Part shown: positions 18,472-28,505 of the stretch, one piece after another
How positions within the stretch are numbered: position 1 is the first letter of the stretch
How the letters are laid out: every line of letters begins with the position of its first letter
IMG/VR virus record: IMGVR_UViG_2529292919_000025
Direction: 5' to 3' (one strand)
DNA from: a virus
Taxonomy: Duplodnaviria; Heunggongvirae; Uroviricota; Caudoviricetes
Length of the DNA stretch: 43,511 nucleotides
Program-made: the position numbers and the translations under genes
Notes under the pieces: model-generated
Databases searched by the model: none
The model's input: the letters and a program-made list of their open reading frames with translations, nothing else
Told to the model about the DNA's origin: nothing

Positions 18472-18810
18472 TCACACCCCGCGCAGGATACGAATGACGT
18501 CGCCTTCACCCCCGGCTTCATCAAGTGCAATACCACAGGATTTACCGTCGCCGGACTGCGGCACGGCTCTGGCCTGAGCATCTGACTGAACAGCCACACC
18601 ACGGCTGACAGCGGCCCCGGCCTCGACAGCAATAATGCCCAGAACGCTCACCGGCGTGCTGTCGCCGGTAACAGCATCCACTTCGGCAACCCCGAGCGCT
18701 GCGGCACCGGCTTTACAGGGGGTATTATCTGCCCCGACAAAACGCTGCTGTGCCAGTGCTGCCCCTGCCGTTACGGTTGTGATCAGAATGACCTGCTGAG
18801 TGGTTCCCAT
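18472..18810 (-). CDS. Small Gly/Ala-rich head protein (possible decoration or head-completion protein)
   Basis: 112 aa immediately downstream of the major head gene. Confidence 0.45.
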   Translation of the reverse strand: MGTTQQVILITTVTAGAALAQQRFVGADNTPCKAGAAALGVAEVDAVTGDSTPVSVLGIIAVEAGAAVSRGVAVQSDAQARAVPQSGDGKSCGIALDEAGGEGDVIRILRGV

Positions 18811-18819
18811 AACGCCTCC

Positions 18820-19773
18820 TTATTTACTGATACCGGTAATGAGATACCCGGCATCGCCACCAACCACGGCGACTTTGTAGATATCGGTATAACGGCAGTA
18901 CTTCACCTTGCCACCGGCTCCGTCGTATTTGTCGGCAACAGGCATCCCCTTACGACGCAGGGTGTAGCCGAAGGACGGCTCGTTCTCGTCCGCGCTGTCC
19001 GCCCCCGGCTGCGGTTTGCCGACATAGTGCAGCATCAGATTGTCTCCCCAGATATCCGCCGGCACGCTGTTCTTATCCATTGCCGCTTTCATGGACGGCA
19101 GGGAGACTGGGGCACCGATGACGATCTCTTCGATCTGAAAGAGGTCCTGCAGGATTTCTGTGGTGATGCGCTTGCGTTCGTTGGCTCCGATGGCGGCCTG
19201 AATCGCCGGGTGGAACTTCAGCAGCGCCATCACGCCGGCCCCCATGGTCATCAGGTTAGGACGCAGCCCCGTGGCCGTACGGACCGCTTCCATACCGGCT
19301 TCAATCACCCCGATGGGGTCCCCCTTACCACCGGCCCAGCGATCACTGGCTGTCAGTTTTTTGACGTGCCCGGTACGGTAGACCTTTTCATCCTGAGCCA
19401 GACGGGCAGCGATAAGTTCACGGCGCAGGTTCACGCCATTCGTGGCGCGACGGATGGCCTTGCTCTCTTCGTTAAACATGGACTCCGCCTGCTCGCGATA
19501 GTCCACCGGCGCAGCCAGATCGTGTTCACCCAGCACCAGGTCCAGCGTGCCTGTTTTTTCACGGACCAGAACATTGCTGTCCGCCCCGACGGCACGCTCG
19601 GTGTCATATTCCACAAAGGCGGTTTTCCCGAAGGTCGGTACACGCACGCCTTCCTTGTCCGTCTGCACGACGGGGAAAATACGTTCGCCGATGAATGCGG
19701 CATTTTTATAGCCACGGGCGATACTGGTCAGTACCGGATCAACGACACGTTTACCTTTTAAGTAATCAGACAT
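18820..19773 (-). CDS. Major head subunit (Mu gpT-like)
   Basis: 317 aa; Mu-type major capsid sequence character; follows the protease/scaffold gene. Confidence 0.8.
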   Translation of the reverse strand: MSDYLKGKRVVDPVLTSIARGYKNAAFIGERIFPVVQTDKEGVRVPTFGKTAFVEYDTERAVGADSNVLVREKTGTLDLVLGEHDLAAPVDYREQAESMFNEESKAIRRATNGVNLRRELIAARLAQDEKVYRTGHVKKLTASDRWAGGKGDPIGVIEAGMEAVRTATGLRPNLMTMGAGVMALLKFHPAIQAAIGANERKRITTEILQDLFQIEEIVIGAPVSLPSMKAAMDKNSVPADIWGDNLMLHYVGKPQPGADSADENEPSFGYTLRRKGMPVADKYDGAGGKVKYCRYTDIYKVAVVGGDAGYLITGISK

Positions 19774-19787
19774 GCTCTCTCCTTAAA

Positions 19788-20903
19788 TTACAGGCAGCGT
19801 GCGACAGCAGCCTCATAGCTGATGCCTTCTTTTTTGGACAGGGCCACTGCTTTCTGATGCAGGGCCAGACGCTCAGGATCGGCTTCCGCAAACTCTGCCA
19901 CATCCACCTTCACCGTGTCGCCGACACGCTCTTTTGTGGCCTGTTCGGCGAAATTCATCACCGGCTCCCCGTCGGAGAGCAATGAACGAAAGGCGGTGGC
20001 CAGCGGTGTGCGGCTTTCCCCCTCAGCAAACTCCACCGGCTTGTCGCCACCGGCGACGGCATCCAGCAGGGCAACCACCACGGAGGAGGCGCGGGGAGCC
20101 AGACGGCCCTCTGCGACCAGTTTTTCTGCAAAGGCCACATTGTCCTTATGCAGTTGCTCCTGTCTGACCTGTGCATCACGCGCATCGCGATCAGCAGCCT
20201 GCTGCTTCAGGCGGCGGTTCTCCTCCTGAAGGGCTTCAATCTCTTCTTTTGTCATCGATGATTCCTCGTTACTTGCGGAAGACGGCCCCGGGCCTGTCTC
20301 ACTGAATTGTGCACCTGCTGCATCCTGCGACAGTGTGTCGCGGTACGCCTCTTCGCGCAGACTGTTGAGCTGCCATTCCGGCAGGACTTTTTCTGCCTCG
20401 TCCAGACTGAAGCGGGCGATCAGAAAATCGCGCAGCTTTCCCCACAGGGAGGCATTCGTGATGGCCTGCCAGTCGGCGAACTCCACCACACCTTCTTCCT
20501 GCTCACTGAAGGACACCTGTTTCAGCCCCTTGACGGAAGGTGGCTGTGCCCCGAGAAAGCCCACATGGCGAAGGTAGAGCACGCCGGGCTTCGGATTGGA
20601 CGGTGAATCCGGGAGGTAGAAAGAGGCGGACACTTTTTTGAATCGTCCGTCGGTGACCATCTCAGCAAACTGCGGGTCCAGCTGGGCAGGCTCTGCCATC
20701 AGATCGACGCCGCTGAGCGACAGGGCTTTCACCCAGCCCCACGCCGGGTCTTCCGTTCTGGGATGACCAATCACGAGTGGTGCTTCATGGACGGACGGGT
20801 CATAGGCTTTCACGCAGGCGGCAAGATCGTCTGGCGTGAACGGCAGTTTTTTGCCGTGCATATCGGTATGAGTACCGGCTTTAAAAATGTGAATGGCTGA
20901 CAT
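19788..20903 (-). CDS. Head protease/scaffold protein (Mu I-like)
   Basis: 371 aa; N-terminal protease-like region, C-terminal coiled-coil/acidic scaffold-like region (EEIEALQEENRRLKQQAADRDARD). Confidence 0.7.
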   Translation of the reverse strand: MSAIHIFKAGTHTDMHGKKLPFTPDDLAACVKAYDPSVHEAPLVIGHPRTEDPAWGWVKALSLSGVDLMAEPAQLDPQFAEMVTDGRFKKVSASFYLPDSPSNPKPGVLYLRHVGFLGAQPPSVKGLKQVSFSEQEEGVVEFADWQAITNASLWGKLRDFLIARFSLDEAEKVLPEWQLNSLREEAYRDTLSQDAAGAQFSETGPGPSSASNEESSMTKEEIEALQEENRRLKQQAADRDARDAQVRQEQLHKDNVAFAEKLVAEGRLAPRASSVVVALLDAVAGGDKPVEFAEGESRTPLATAFRSLLSDGEPVMNFAEQATKERVGDTVKVDVAEFAEADPERLALHQKAVALSKKEGISYEAAVARCL

Positions 20904-21117
20904 TTTGCTGTCCCGCGTTATGTTGTCGGAGACAGTTTGTGAGAAATGCAGGCCCGGCGATTTTAATCTGCTTTAGAAAACATCAGGGGAGAAGGACAGG
21001 GAAAGCAATGCGGTGAACCGGAGGCGGTTATAAAACAGAGGCTGTAAAGCCTTTATAAAGGTAATACAGCCCCTCATTCGCTGGCAATGATAAATCACCC
21101 GCCTGAAGAGAGAAAAC
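20904..21117 (-). promoter_or_regulatory. Candidate late promoter region upstream of the protease/scaffold gene
   Basis: Only sizeable gap in the head cluster; contains ATTAAAATC-N23-CTGTCTCC, the same arrangement found upstream of the lysis operon. Confidence 0.4.
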
Positions 21118-21576
21118 TCAGCGACGGGCCGCTGATTCAAGATGGCGGACAATGGTATCGAGGATGGGGATTACCACTTCAGGCTGTAGTTCTCCATCCC
21201 CTGTCACCGGCAGGAACGGGCGGGCCGGAAGTTCAACAGACTCATTACGCCCCGTTTTACCCCCGAACTGGTGAATGGCACCGTAAACAACGTTGGTCCC
21301 CACAACAGCCTGCCGGTCGTCATGGTCGGTTGATACTGACCCCATCAGACGCCCGGTATCCTGCAGTGTCTGCCCGTCACGTTCTTCCGCTGCCAGCGAG
21401 GGGATCCACCCCGGACGCCCCTCATCAAGAAAGTTAAACTGTGTTTCCGCCAGCAGGGTTCCGGCGATTTTGCGCATCGCGGGCTCCAGGTCTGTGGCAG
21501 CAAGATCCAGCGCACGGAGGCTCCGGCGCAGGGATTTATCGTTAATGGTGATACTGACCAGGTTATCGGAAGCCAT
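21118..21576 (-). CDS. Virion morphogenesis protein (Mu G-like)
   Basis: 152 aa after the F-like head morphogenesis gene. Confidence 0.65.
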   Translation of the reverse strand: MASDNLVSITINDKSLRRSLRALDLAATDLEPAMRKIAGTLLAETQFNFLDEGRPGWIPSLAAEERDGQTLQDTGRLMGSVSTDHDDRQAVVGTNVVYGAIHQFGGKTGRNESVELPARPFLPVTGDGELQPEVVIPILDTIVRHLESAARR

Positions 21577-21578
21577 TG

Positions 21579-22400
21579 TTATCCTCTCAGTTCCTGTTGT
21601 GCCAGTGGCTGAAGCGTACCCTGATAGCGGGCCAGGTCGGGACGGTATGCTGCCCCCGGTGCATAAGACCAGCCGACGTCGGTGGTCACCTTCGTGGTGC
21701 CGGTATTAAAGGTGGCCACGTTCCGCATTTCGCCGGTTTTCTCTGAGACCAGTTTCAGTTCCTGGCCCATGGCAGAGCCGGAGCTGATAACCTTCAGGCC
21801 ACGGGCACGTACATCCGCCGCACTCAGGGCAATCACACTACAGCGGCAGCGCCAGCCGTTCGGCGGGTAAAATGCCTGCCAGAACGGGTCATCCCAGCGC
21901 AGCACCAGACCATGCAGCGCCAGATGGCTCCTGCGGGTATGGCTGTCGTTGATGCCGGTATACATCCAGTACGGCCTGTCGTCGACGTTTTCCATCTGTT
22001 CCGCCCAACGACCGGCGCTGTAGAGTACGGACATATTGGTGCGAAAGATGGTATCGAGCCGCCACGGACTGCCCTGCTGAATGGTGACCGGCTCACCCGT
22101 TACCGGGTCAGTCGTGTCACGTGGTCCCCACCATCCCTTACGCTTCAGCACCGGCTCCAGCTCCTGCCGGAACCAGCGATCGGTTTTTCCTTCATCGACA
22201 GCCTGCTGCAGTGCCCCGCGAATATCTTCCAGGATATCCAGGCGGGTCACTTTAGCAACGGTAAAGGCGCGGGCATGGGCCTCCTGCCACATTTCTTCCC
22301 AGTCCCAGGTAATCTGATACCCTTTGGACTTCAGGTAACTGACTGCCCGCTTCGGGGGAAGCGTCATGCAGTACGCCAGTTCAGCCGTTGTCACGCTCAT
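21579..22400 (-). CDS. Head morphogenesis protein (Mu F-like); start set at first ATG
   Basis: Track ORF extends to 22427 from a TTG; first in-frame ATG is at 22400, 20 nt inside the portal end. Confidence 0.65.
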   Translation of the reverse strand: MSVTTAELAYCMTLPPKRAVSYLKSKGYQITWDWEEMWQEAHARAFTVAKVTRLDILEDIRGALQQAVDEGKTDRWFRQELEPVLKRKGWWGPRDTTDPVTGEPVTIQQGSPWRLDTIFRTNMSVLYSAGRWAEQMENVDDRPYWMYTGINDSHTRRSHLALHGLVLRWDDPFWQAFYPPNGWRCRCSVIALSAADVRARGLKVISSGSAMGQELKLVSEKTGEMRNVATFNTGTTKVTTDVGWSYAPGAAYRPDLARYQGTLQPLAQQELRG

Positions 22401-23877
22401 GCAGACGCCCCCGGATATTTGCCACAAAGAGAATACGGGCCAGCCGTTCCTGCAGATCGTCCGTGTTCATCTGAGGGTAGAGCTCCGCCAGTTCGCCCAG
22501 CAGCTCAGTCGGGTTAACCCCGTTTTCGACCCGCTTAAACAGAGGTGCCAGGACGGGTTCCAGCGTGCCATTTAACACACCTCCGTTCATCAGAATGTCC
22601 AGCGCGTCGTCAAGCTGCTGCTGAGCCTGAATATCGGCATCAATCGCCTCGGCAAATGACAGCGGCAGCATGTTATTCTGGCGTTCCGACGGTGATGTCT
22701 CGTCAATATCGCCGTCCTGCAGTTGGTACTCACGCTTAAAGTATTGCGGGGTCAGACGCAGACCCGCCCGGGTGAGTTTTTCGTCGCGGGTGGCGCGGGT
22801 GTCATCAATGGTCTCCTGTTCCCACATGGCCCAGACCGGACACGGCACATCGCCGAAGTTCAGGGTGACCACCGTTCTGATAACCTGATTCACTGCTGCC
22901 TGAATGATGTCCGCATCCGCATCGCGGATATCAGCCGTTACCTCCAGCCCGGCCTGTGCAGAGGCCTTGTTACTGTTCGCTTCCGTGGTCTGATTCTGAC
23001 CAAGTAATGCAATGGAGATCTCACTGCGTGACAGTGTGATCAGCTCGCGGAATACCTCGCTGCTGTCCGCCTTACCATCCGCGGCTTTGAGTTCGATGCT
23101 GCTGTCATCGGGGATGGCGGCCACCGCGTCCTCCACCATCTGCTCCATGGAGTCCAGCAGTTTTTCAATCTCTGCATCATTTGCACCCCTCGGGTGCTTA
23201 CCGATCACCCACGGGGAGCCAAACTTTTCGGCAAAGCGGAGCCAGAATTTCATCCCGCCTTTCTTGAAGGCGACCGGCCAGAAGCACATGGACAGGTCCG
23301 GGAAACCGTAAGGATTGTCATACGAGGCATCCTGTGCCGGCACCACGAATTTTGACGGTGACAGCAGCTCACCCTCCACACCCGCATCACGCGCCCGGAA
23401 GCGCAGGCAGTTGTCCGTATCAAACTGAAACCACTCAGGCGGTTTGCCGACAATATCCGTCACCGCCCACGACCTGACCGAACGGCCCCACATGATTTCA
23501 CAGGGCTGATACCCGTAGAGCACGGCATCGCTCATTTCACCGATGATGCGGGACAGATCCAGATCGTCGAGCATGTCGCGGATGAAACGGAAGACCCGGG
23601 CAGAGGCGTGACCACGCTCCAGTCCACGCTCCAGCGATTTGAGCGCTGCTTTACGTCTGCGGATACAGCCCCCGACCAGCGGGTCGGTGCGCAGTTCGCG
23701 GTAGATACGGATATCCCGTCCCTGAGCCTTGAGAATGGGATCAGGATTGGGCAGATACATGCCCAGTCCGTAAAAGTCGATCGCGCGGCTGCGGGAGGCA
23801 ATCTGCGCGGTCAGTGATTTCTGAGGCTCAGAAAAAGCAACAAATTCATCGGGTGAAACCCAGATACCCCTCGCCAT
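22381..23877 (-). CDS. Portal protein (Mu gp29-like)
   Basis: 498 aa immediately after the large terminase (1-nt overlap). Confidence 0.8.
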   Translation of the reverse strand: MARGIWVSPDEFVAFSEPQKSLTAQIASRSRAIDFYGLGMYLPNPDPILKAQGRDIRIYRELRTDPLVGGCIRRRKAALKSLERGLERGHASARVFRFIRDMLDDLDLSRIIGEMSDAVLYGYQPCEIMWGRSVRSWAVTDIVGKPPEWFQFDTDNCLRFRARDAGVEGELLSPSKFVVPAQDASYDNPYGFPDLSMCFWPVAFKKGGMKFWLRFAEKFGSPWVIGKHPRGANDAEIEKLLDSMEQMVEDAVAAIPDDSSIELKAADGKADSSEVFRELITLSRSEISIALLGQNQTTEANSNKASAQAGLEVTADIRDADADIIQAAVNQVIRTVVTLNFGDVPCPVWAMWEQETIDDTRATRDEKLTRAGLRLTPQYFKREYQLQDGDIDETSPSERQNNMLPLSFAEAIDADIQAQQQLDDALDILMNGGVLNGTLEPVLAPLFKRVENGVNPTELLGELAELYPQMNTDDLQERLARILFVANIRGRLHERDNG

Positions 23878-25472
23878 CAGAATCCCTCCAGCATACGGGC
23901 CGCCTGACGACGACGGCGTGAGCTTGCCTTCACCGGCTCTTTGTTAATTTCACGGCTGGCGAAATACGCCAGCGCCAGTGCGATGGCTGAATCCCCGTGG
24001 CGTTTACCACCGTCAGCCTTTGCTTTTGAGCGTTGCTCCGGTACGCGGGGGACACCGTTCACCACCTGAACGGCCCGCAGGTCATCCAGTGTGTCTTCAT
24101 CCTTTGGTAAGTCCACCAGGTTACCGTCTTCCAGTGCAGCTTTGACCGGAGGCATATGCTCCCGGTACCAGCCTTCGGTTGGCATCACCTGCTGAATCCG
24201 GCCGGAGCCGTAGCGCTGCATGGCGTATTCAGCCAGATAGGCACCATTACCACGGGCATCAAACGCTGCACCCAGCAGACCGGGCAGGCCATCCATCAGA
24301 TACCAAGTGATTTGCTCCTGCTGTCTGAACGGCACGTTACGCAGCTCCAGTACGAATGGCACGCGTCGTACCAGGTTCTTCTCCTGCAGCAGGGGATAGT
24401 CCACCGACAAATCACCGCTACGGCCAAAGTCGCGCCCCAGGAAAGAGCGGGCATCAGTGGGGAGTGCCTCCAGCAAGGGTTTCAGATACTCATCAAGCCA
24501 GTCCTGCGTCTCGCGGAAGCGAACCTCATCAGACAGCAGTTCATAACCTTCCTTGCAGGTCAGACGCAATACCGGCGTATCAGCGGACATGCGGGACTCT
24601 ATCAGGGCACGGGACAGCCAGGCACCGCCACCGTTGGCCGGAATACAGTCAAGCTCTTCGGATGCGCCGGCACCGTAGAATTTGTACACCGATGCCATCC
24701 AGGCCTGCTCGGATGCCTCCGACCATTCCTTCCCGGTGCGCAGACAGACGCGCCGGAACAGCCCCTCAGATACGGCTTCCCGGAAAGTGATGCGATGTAT
24801 GCTGCCTCCCTGACGTCCGGCACGGATATCCCCGATAAGCGTATTGAACGGATTGTCGTCACCGTCATGGGTGGAGATAACGCGTACCTTTCCCCCCCAG
24901 ATAAGCATCGCCAGCGCCGCTTTCAGCAGTTCGTCCAGTTGCTCATGGAACGCCGCTTCGTCGATAACAATAATACCCTGACGGCCACGCAGGTTAGACG
25001 GGCGGCTGGAGAGCGCAACAATACGAAAGCCGGAGTCAGGAAATTTGATGGTGTAAGTCCTGATGTGTTTGTCGTCGTCGTCCTCTTCCCAGAATCCTTC
25101 TTCAATTTCACTGGCCGCATAGTTGAATGCCCGTGCCCACATCGCACACGCCTGAATGTATTCGACGGTCATGTCCTGGTTATAAGCGATGTAATACACA
25201 TTCATCCCGCCTGCTGGCGCAGAAGAGGCGGCGGTCAGTACGTTATCGGATGCCTCAGCCCATGTAATACCGGTACGACGGCTCTTTTCTATCACCTTAA
25301 GCGGAGAGGTGTCTGCCACCCAGCGCTGCTGGTAAGGCAACAGAACGGGAGGAGCATCCAGCGCCGAGGTATCAGGCAAAACGGGAGCAAGGTTATTCCT
25401 CCCGTCCATGGGACTCATCCCTTCGGGGCCACCGCCAGCGGCGTTTAAAATCACTCCGGATGATTTTGTCAT
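23877..25472 (-). CDS. Terminase large subunit
   Basis: 531 aa, ATPase/nuclease-like terminase sequence; 4-nt overlap with small-subunit gene. Confidence 0.8.
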   Translation of the reverse strand: MTKSSGVILNAAGGGPEGMSPMDGRNNLAPVLPDTSALDAPPVLLPYQQRWVADTSPLKVIEKSRRTGITWAEASDNVLTAASSAPAGGMNVYYIAYNQDMTVEYIQACAMWARAFNYAASEIEEGFWEEDDDDKHIRTYTIKFPDSGFRIVALSSRPSNLRGRQGIIVIDEAAFHEQLDELLKAALAMLIWGGKVRVISTHDGDDNPFNTLIGDIRAGRQGGSIHRITFREAVSEGLFRRVCLRTGKEWSEASEQAWMASVYKFYGAGASEELDCIPANGGGAWLSRALIESRMSADTPVLRLTCKEGYELLSDEVRFRETQDWLDEYLKPLLEALPTDARSFLGRDFGRSGDLSVDYPLLQEKNLVRRVPFVLELRNVPFRQQEQITWYLMDGLPGLLGAAFDARGNGAYLAEYAMQRYGSGRIQQVMPTEGWYREHMPPVKAALEDGNLVDLPKDEDTLDDLRAVQVVNGVPRVPEQRSKAKADGGKRHGDSAIALALAYFASREINKEPVKASSRRRRQAARMLEGF

Positions 25473-26014
25473 GTGGCAATCCCCAGAATCTCGCGACGAA
25501 GCGCCTGTACTGCGTCGCTTGACAGTCCCCCCTTACGGGCAATTTTCTCGGCGTTGCTGGCTGCCTGCTGCGCTCTGGCCCGTACTTCAGACTGGAACTT
25601 TTTGAGGTTGACGGACGCGCGGGACAGCGTAGCCACATTCTTCGCCACCTTCGACAGCAGGGCCACGCGTTCTTTAGGATCGACTTCGCCTTCTTCCGCC
25701 TCCTGCAACTGGACAATACTCTCGAACAGCTCGGTCTGAATAAGGGCTATCACAGCCTCCGAACGCGCATCCTGATCGTCTGCTGCGCCTTCGGTCAGCA
25801 TGCGGGCCGCTTCTGTTGCCGCACGGATAGCACCATAGCGGCGCTCAATCTTCTGTCCATAGCGATGGATAGCGGATTTGCTGATAACGTACCCCCGCTC
25901 ACGCAGCAGGGACTCCAGCTCGTTATACCCGCTGAAGCCGGATTCAGTCAGCGCCCGTTCAAGCCAGCGGCGCACATCTTCCGGCAGCTTTTCTATTGTG
26001 CTGCGTCTGGCCAT
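25469..26014 (-). CDS. Terminase small subunit-like protein (Mu gp27 position)
   Basis: 181 aa basic/helical protein directly upstream of the large terminase. Confidence 0.6.
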   Translation of the reverse strand: MARRSTIEKLPEDVRRWLERALTESGFSGYNELESLLRERGYVISKSAIHRYGQKIERRYGAIRAATEAARMLTEGAADDQDARSEAVIALIQTELFESIVQLQEAEEGEVDPKERVALLSKVAKNVATLSRASVNLKKFQSEVRARAQQAASNAEKIARKGGLSSDAVQALRREILGIAT

Positions 26015-26325
26015 TATTCACTCCAGTACTTTTCCGGGCGGGCAATACCCGGACCACATTCCACGGTGTATTCCACCAGGTCTACGCCGAGGCGGGTCAG
26101 GTCAGCAAACCAGTCGCCAGAAGGTTTTTTCTCCAGATCAACCATTTTACGGTCAGCCAGATAATCCAGTTCGCGGCGCAGTTCCAGCGGTGTGGTGTCC
26201 GGGTAGATGGCACGGGACACATCCAGCAGCAGCGTCTCGCTGGCGGTGTAAGGGCGGGTCTTGTTCAGGGCAACCAGCAGACTCCAGCGCAGGGATTCGC
26301 GGCGTACCCGGGTAATATCGACCAT
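26014..26325 (-). CDS. Hypothetical protein (Mu gp26 position)
   Basis: 103 aa, overlapping neighbours within the late operon. Confidence 0.45.
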   Translation of the reverse strand: MVDITRVRRESLRWSLLVALNKTRPYTASETLLLDVSRAIYPDTTPLELRRELDYLADRKMVDLEKKPSGDWFADLTRLGVDLVEYTVECGPGIARPEKYWSE

Positions 26326-26651
26326 TATTGACCTCCGGTATTGCGGTACTGCTGTACCACTTCCAGTTTGTTATAAAGCGCGTCCAGTTTGGCCTCAATG
26401 ACTGTCTGGCCACGGATATAATCCTCTCGACGGACATAATTCAGCGGTAAATCCGCTTTAAATCGCATAAATTCTTTTTCCAGCTCGCCCCAGTTGGAGG
26501 CGGATTGTTGCAGGGCCTGTTCAAGGGAGGCGAATCGTGCCGCCTGGCGTTCTTCTGTTTTACTGAACAACCATTTGGCGAGCCCTCCCACAAACCCCAT
26601 GAAGGTGAGCAGAAAACTCACCACCGTCCAGAATTCAACCTGCAGTGTCAT
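26325..26651 (-). CDS. Hypothetical membrane protein (Mu gp25 position)
   Basis: 108 aa with N-terminal hydrophobic segment VVSFLLTFMGFVGGLAKWLF. Confidence 0.45.
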   Translation of the reverse strand: MTLQVEFWTVVSFLLTFMGFVGGLAKWLFSKTEERQAARFASLEQALQQSASNWGELEKEFMRFKADLPLNYVRREDYIRGQTVIEAKLDALYNKLEVVQQYRNTGGQ

Positions 26652-27298
26652 TTCTGTAATCCTTCCCGTTCATCCAGTAACGCGTTTATCTGGTTCCGCC
26701 AGCGACGACATTGTCCTGCGTTGTCGATGATGTTGGCGAGAACGTCACGCTGGGAGACACCCGAATCGCGTAACCGGGTGTCAGTGGTTTCAGGTTGCCC
26801 GGTCGCTGTGCCAGAGCGGGTGCCAGCGGCGGCAACTGAGTCTGAATGACCGGTGTCGACGGATGCGTTGTCATATCCGAGTGCGGCGTTGTACTGGCGC
26901 ACGAAACCGCGAGTAAACACGCACTCAATGGGATGGCTCTTACCTTTTTCATCAATCCAGCGCTGTGTGACATCGTTAATTTGCCCCTGTAGTTGTTTAT
27001 TCCGGCTCTCCAGTTGAGCAATCTGCTCAAGATAACCGGCTTCAGCCCGCTGCCCGGCGGCCACCTGCTCCTGATACCGTCTGGCCCAGGCCCGCAGCGC
27101 AGCATTCTCAAGCGTTGCCTGCTCCGTTTTGTACGCGTCAAATGCTGACTGCAACTGACTGAGCGCGGTATCACCGTCACGCTTTGCAGAGTCATGACCA
27201 CTTCTGTATCCCATGGCATAAAGGCCGACCAGAAAGGCATTGATAAGAATGGCCAGCAGAATGCCGCGCCACGGCAGCTTTTTAACCAGATGCCACAC
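26648..27298 (-). CDS. i-spanin (Rz-like); start uncertain
   Basis: N-terminal TM (WRGILLAILINAFLVGLYAMGY) then coiled coil; GTG start at 27298 preceded by GGGAGG; contains embedded Rz1-like ORF. Confidence 0.55.
   Translation of the reverse strand: MWHLVKKLPWRGILLAILINAFLVGLYAMGYRSGHDSAKRDGDTALSQLQSAFDAYKTEQATLENAALRAWARRYQEQVAAGQRAEAGYLEQIAQLESRNKQLQGQINDVTQRWIDEKGKSHPIECVFTRGFVRQYNAALGYDNASVDTGHSDSVAAAGTRSGTATGQPETTDTRLRDSGVSQRDVLANIIDNAGQCRRWRNQINALLDEREGLQK
26686..26952 (-). CDS. o-spanin (Rz1-like lipoprotein) embedded in the +1 frame of Rz
   Basis: MKKVRAIPLSACLLAVSCAS lipobox-like signal followed by a Pro-rich short protein, fully inside the Rz-like gene. Confidence 0.55.
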   Translation of the reverse strand: MKKVRAIPLSACLLAVSCASTTPHSDMTTHPSTPVIQTQLPPLAPALAQRPGNLKPLTPGYAIRVSPSVTFSPTSSTTQDNVVAGGTR

Positions 27299-28022
27299 AA
27301 CTGCTGCCTCCCCATGTGAGATATCGCGGTGCCAGTTCGCGCAGGATGCGCTGCGGATAATGGCGGTTCTCCCGCCAGCTGGCCGCATTGCGTCCGGCAT
27401 TCACCGTGGCGACATGTCCGAACCAGCGGGTGCTGTCCAGACCTTTCTGTGATGCAAGCCGCCTGTCCCGTTGTACCCAGCCCAGACCACCGTTATAGCC
27501 CGACAGTGTCATGGCCATACGCTCGCAGTCACTGGCGGCGCTGACACGCTGCCACAGCCAGCGGTCATAGCTGACCAGCGCCCGGATAGCCCATGCCGGA
27601 TTAAACGGCTCACGACTGCTCAGCATCGGTATCAACTGGCTTATCCAGTCGGCAGTGGCAGGCATGAACTGCGCCAGTCCCTGAGCGCCAGCCGGCGAGA
27701 TCGCATCAGGTCGCCAGCCGCTTTCCTGATGCAGTTGCGCGGCGAAATCGGCCACCGGCGCAGACAGTCCCCATTCAAGCCGGGCATTACGGATCACATC
27801 ATCGCGATACTGCAGCGCAGCCTGCGGAGGTTGTGCTGCGCATGCCTGGCTGAAAAAGCCGCCACACCAGAGCAACATTGCGACAAAGAATACCCATGCC
27901 ATATGAACCAGAAAGGTCCCGGCGCGGACTGACAGGCGTTCGGTTCTGATGAAGACCCGAAAGGCTTCGAAAGCCAGTTTCAGGGACATGCATACAATCC
28001 AGGTGATCTGCGGCCAGTTCAT
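27282..28022 (-). CDS. Endolysin, lytic transglycosylase (SLT domain) with N-terminal signal-anchor
   Basis: LHQESGW...GAQGLAQFMPATA motif; hydrophobic N-terminus; ATG overlaps stop of upstream membrane protein (TAATCATG). Confidence 0.75.
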   Translation of the reverse strand: MNWPQITWIVCMSLKLAFEAFRVFIRTERLSVRAGTFLVHMAWVFFVAMLLWCGGFFSQACAAQPPQAALQYRDDVIRNARLEWGLSAPVADFAAQLHQESGWRPDAISPAGAQGLAQFMPATADWISQLIPMLSSREPFNPAWAIRALVSYDRWLWQRVSAASDCERMAMTLSGYNGGLGWVQRDRRLASQKGLDSTRWFGHVATVNAGRNAASWRENRHYPQRILRELAPRYLTWGGSSCVASG

Positions 28023-28024
28023 GA

Positions 28025-28376
28025 TTAAAGCCCCATCGCAACAGCCAGGCAGACCGCTGCAACAATCAGTGCACGGCGGATTAACGCAGCAGAAAACACC
28101 AGGTGAAGGCCGGTCTGTACCGGGAAACGCCCTTCAGCCATCAGCCTGTCGTCATGTTTCAGGTACTGACCGGGACGGGCTTTGGGGAAGAGCGAACGGT
28201 CAAGCCAGTAACCCAGCACTGCTGCCAGCGTGATAAGTGCCAGCTTGTAGATCACAACAGGCAATTGCTGTGGCGAGACCAGAGCGATGATGCCCAGCAA
28301 CAGCACTGAGGTCAGCAGCCAGCCGCTGAGGCGAGGTTTTTTAACAGGGGGAATGAATTTTTTCAGGTTTTTCATG
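28025..28376 (-). CDS. Holin-like membrane protein (two predicted TM segments); start trimmed to ATG at 28376
   Basis: ATG at 28376 preceded by GAGGAG; conserved promoter-like motif lies inside the longer track ORF (to 28423). Confidence 0.5.
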
Positions 28377-28505
28377 TGTGTCTCCTCGTTTGGTGGAGAC
28401 AGCATCACAAATACAGGGCGCAAAGGATTTTAAAGCGCGTTAAGAGAGCCGGGGATACGGGATGTGCAGGATAAACGATGAATTATTCACAGAGGAGAAT
28501 ACGAT
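28377..28505. promoter_or_regulatory. Divergent promoter region: late (lysis) promoter candidate and promoter of the P-loop gene
   Basis: TTTAAAATC-N23-CTGTCTCC on the minus strand 18 nt upstream of the holin-like ATG, matching the motif upstream of the protease/scaffold gene. Confidence 0.4.

Noticed and set aside
24156-25448. 430-aa plus-strand ORF
   Set aside because: Antisense shadow of the large terminase gene; Arg/Gly/Pro-rich low-complexity translation, no RBS context.
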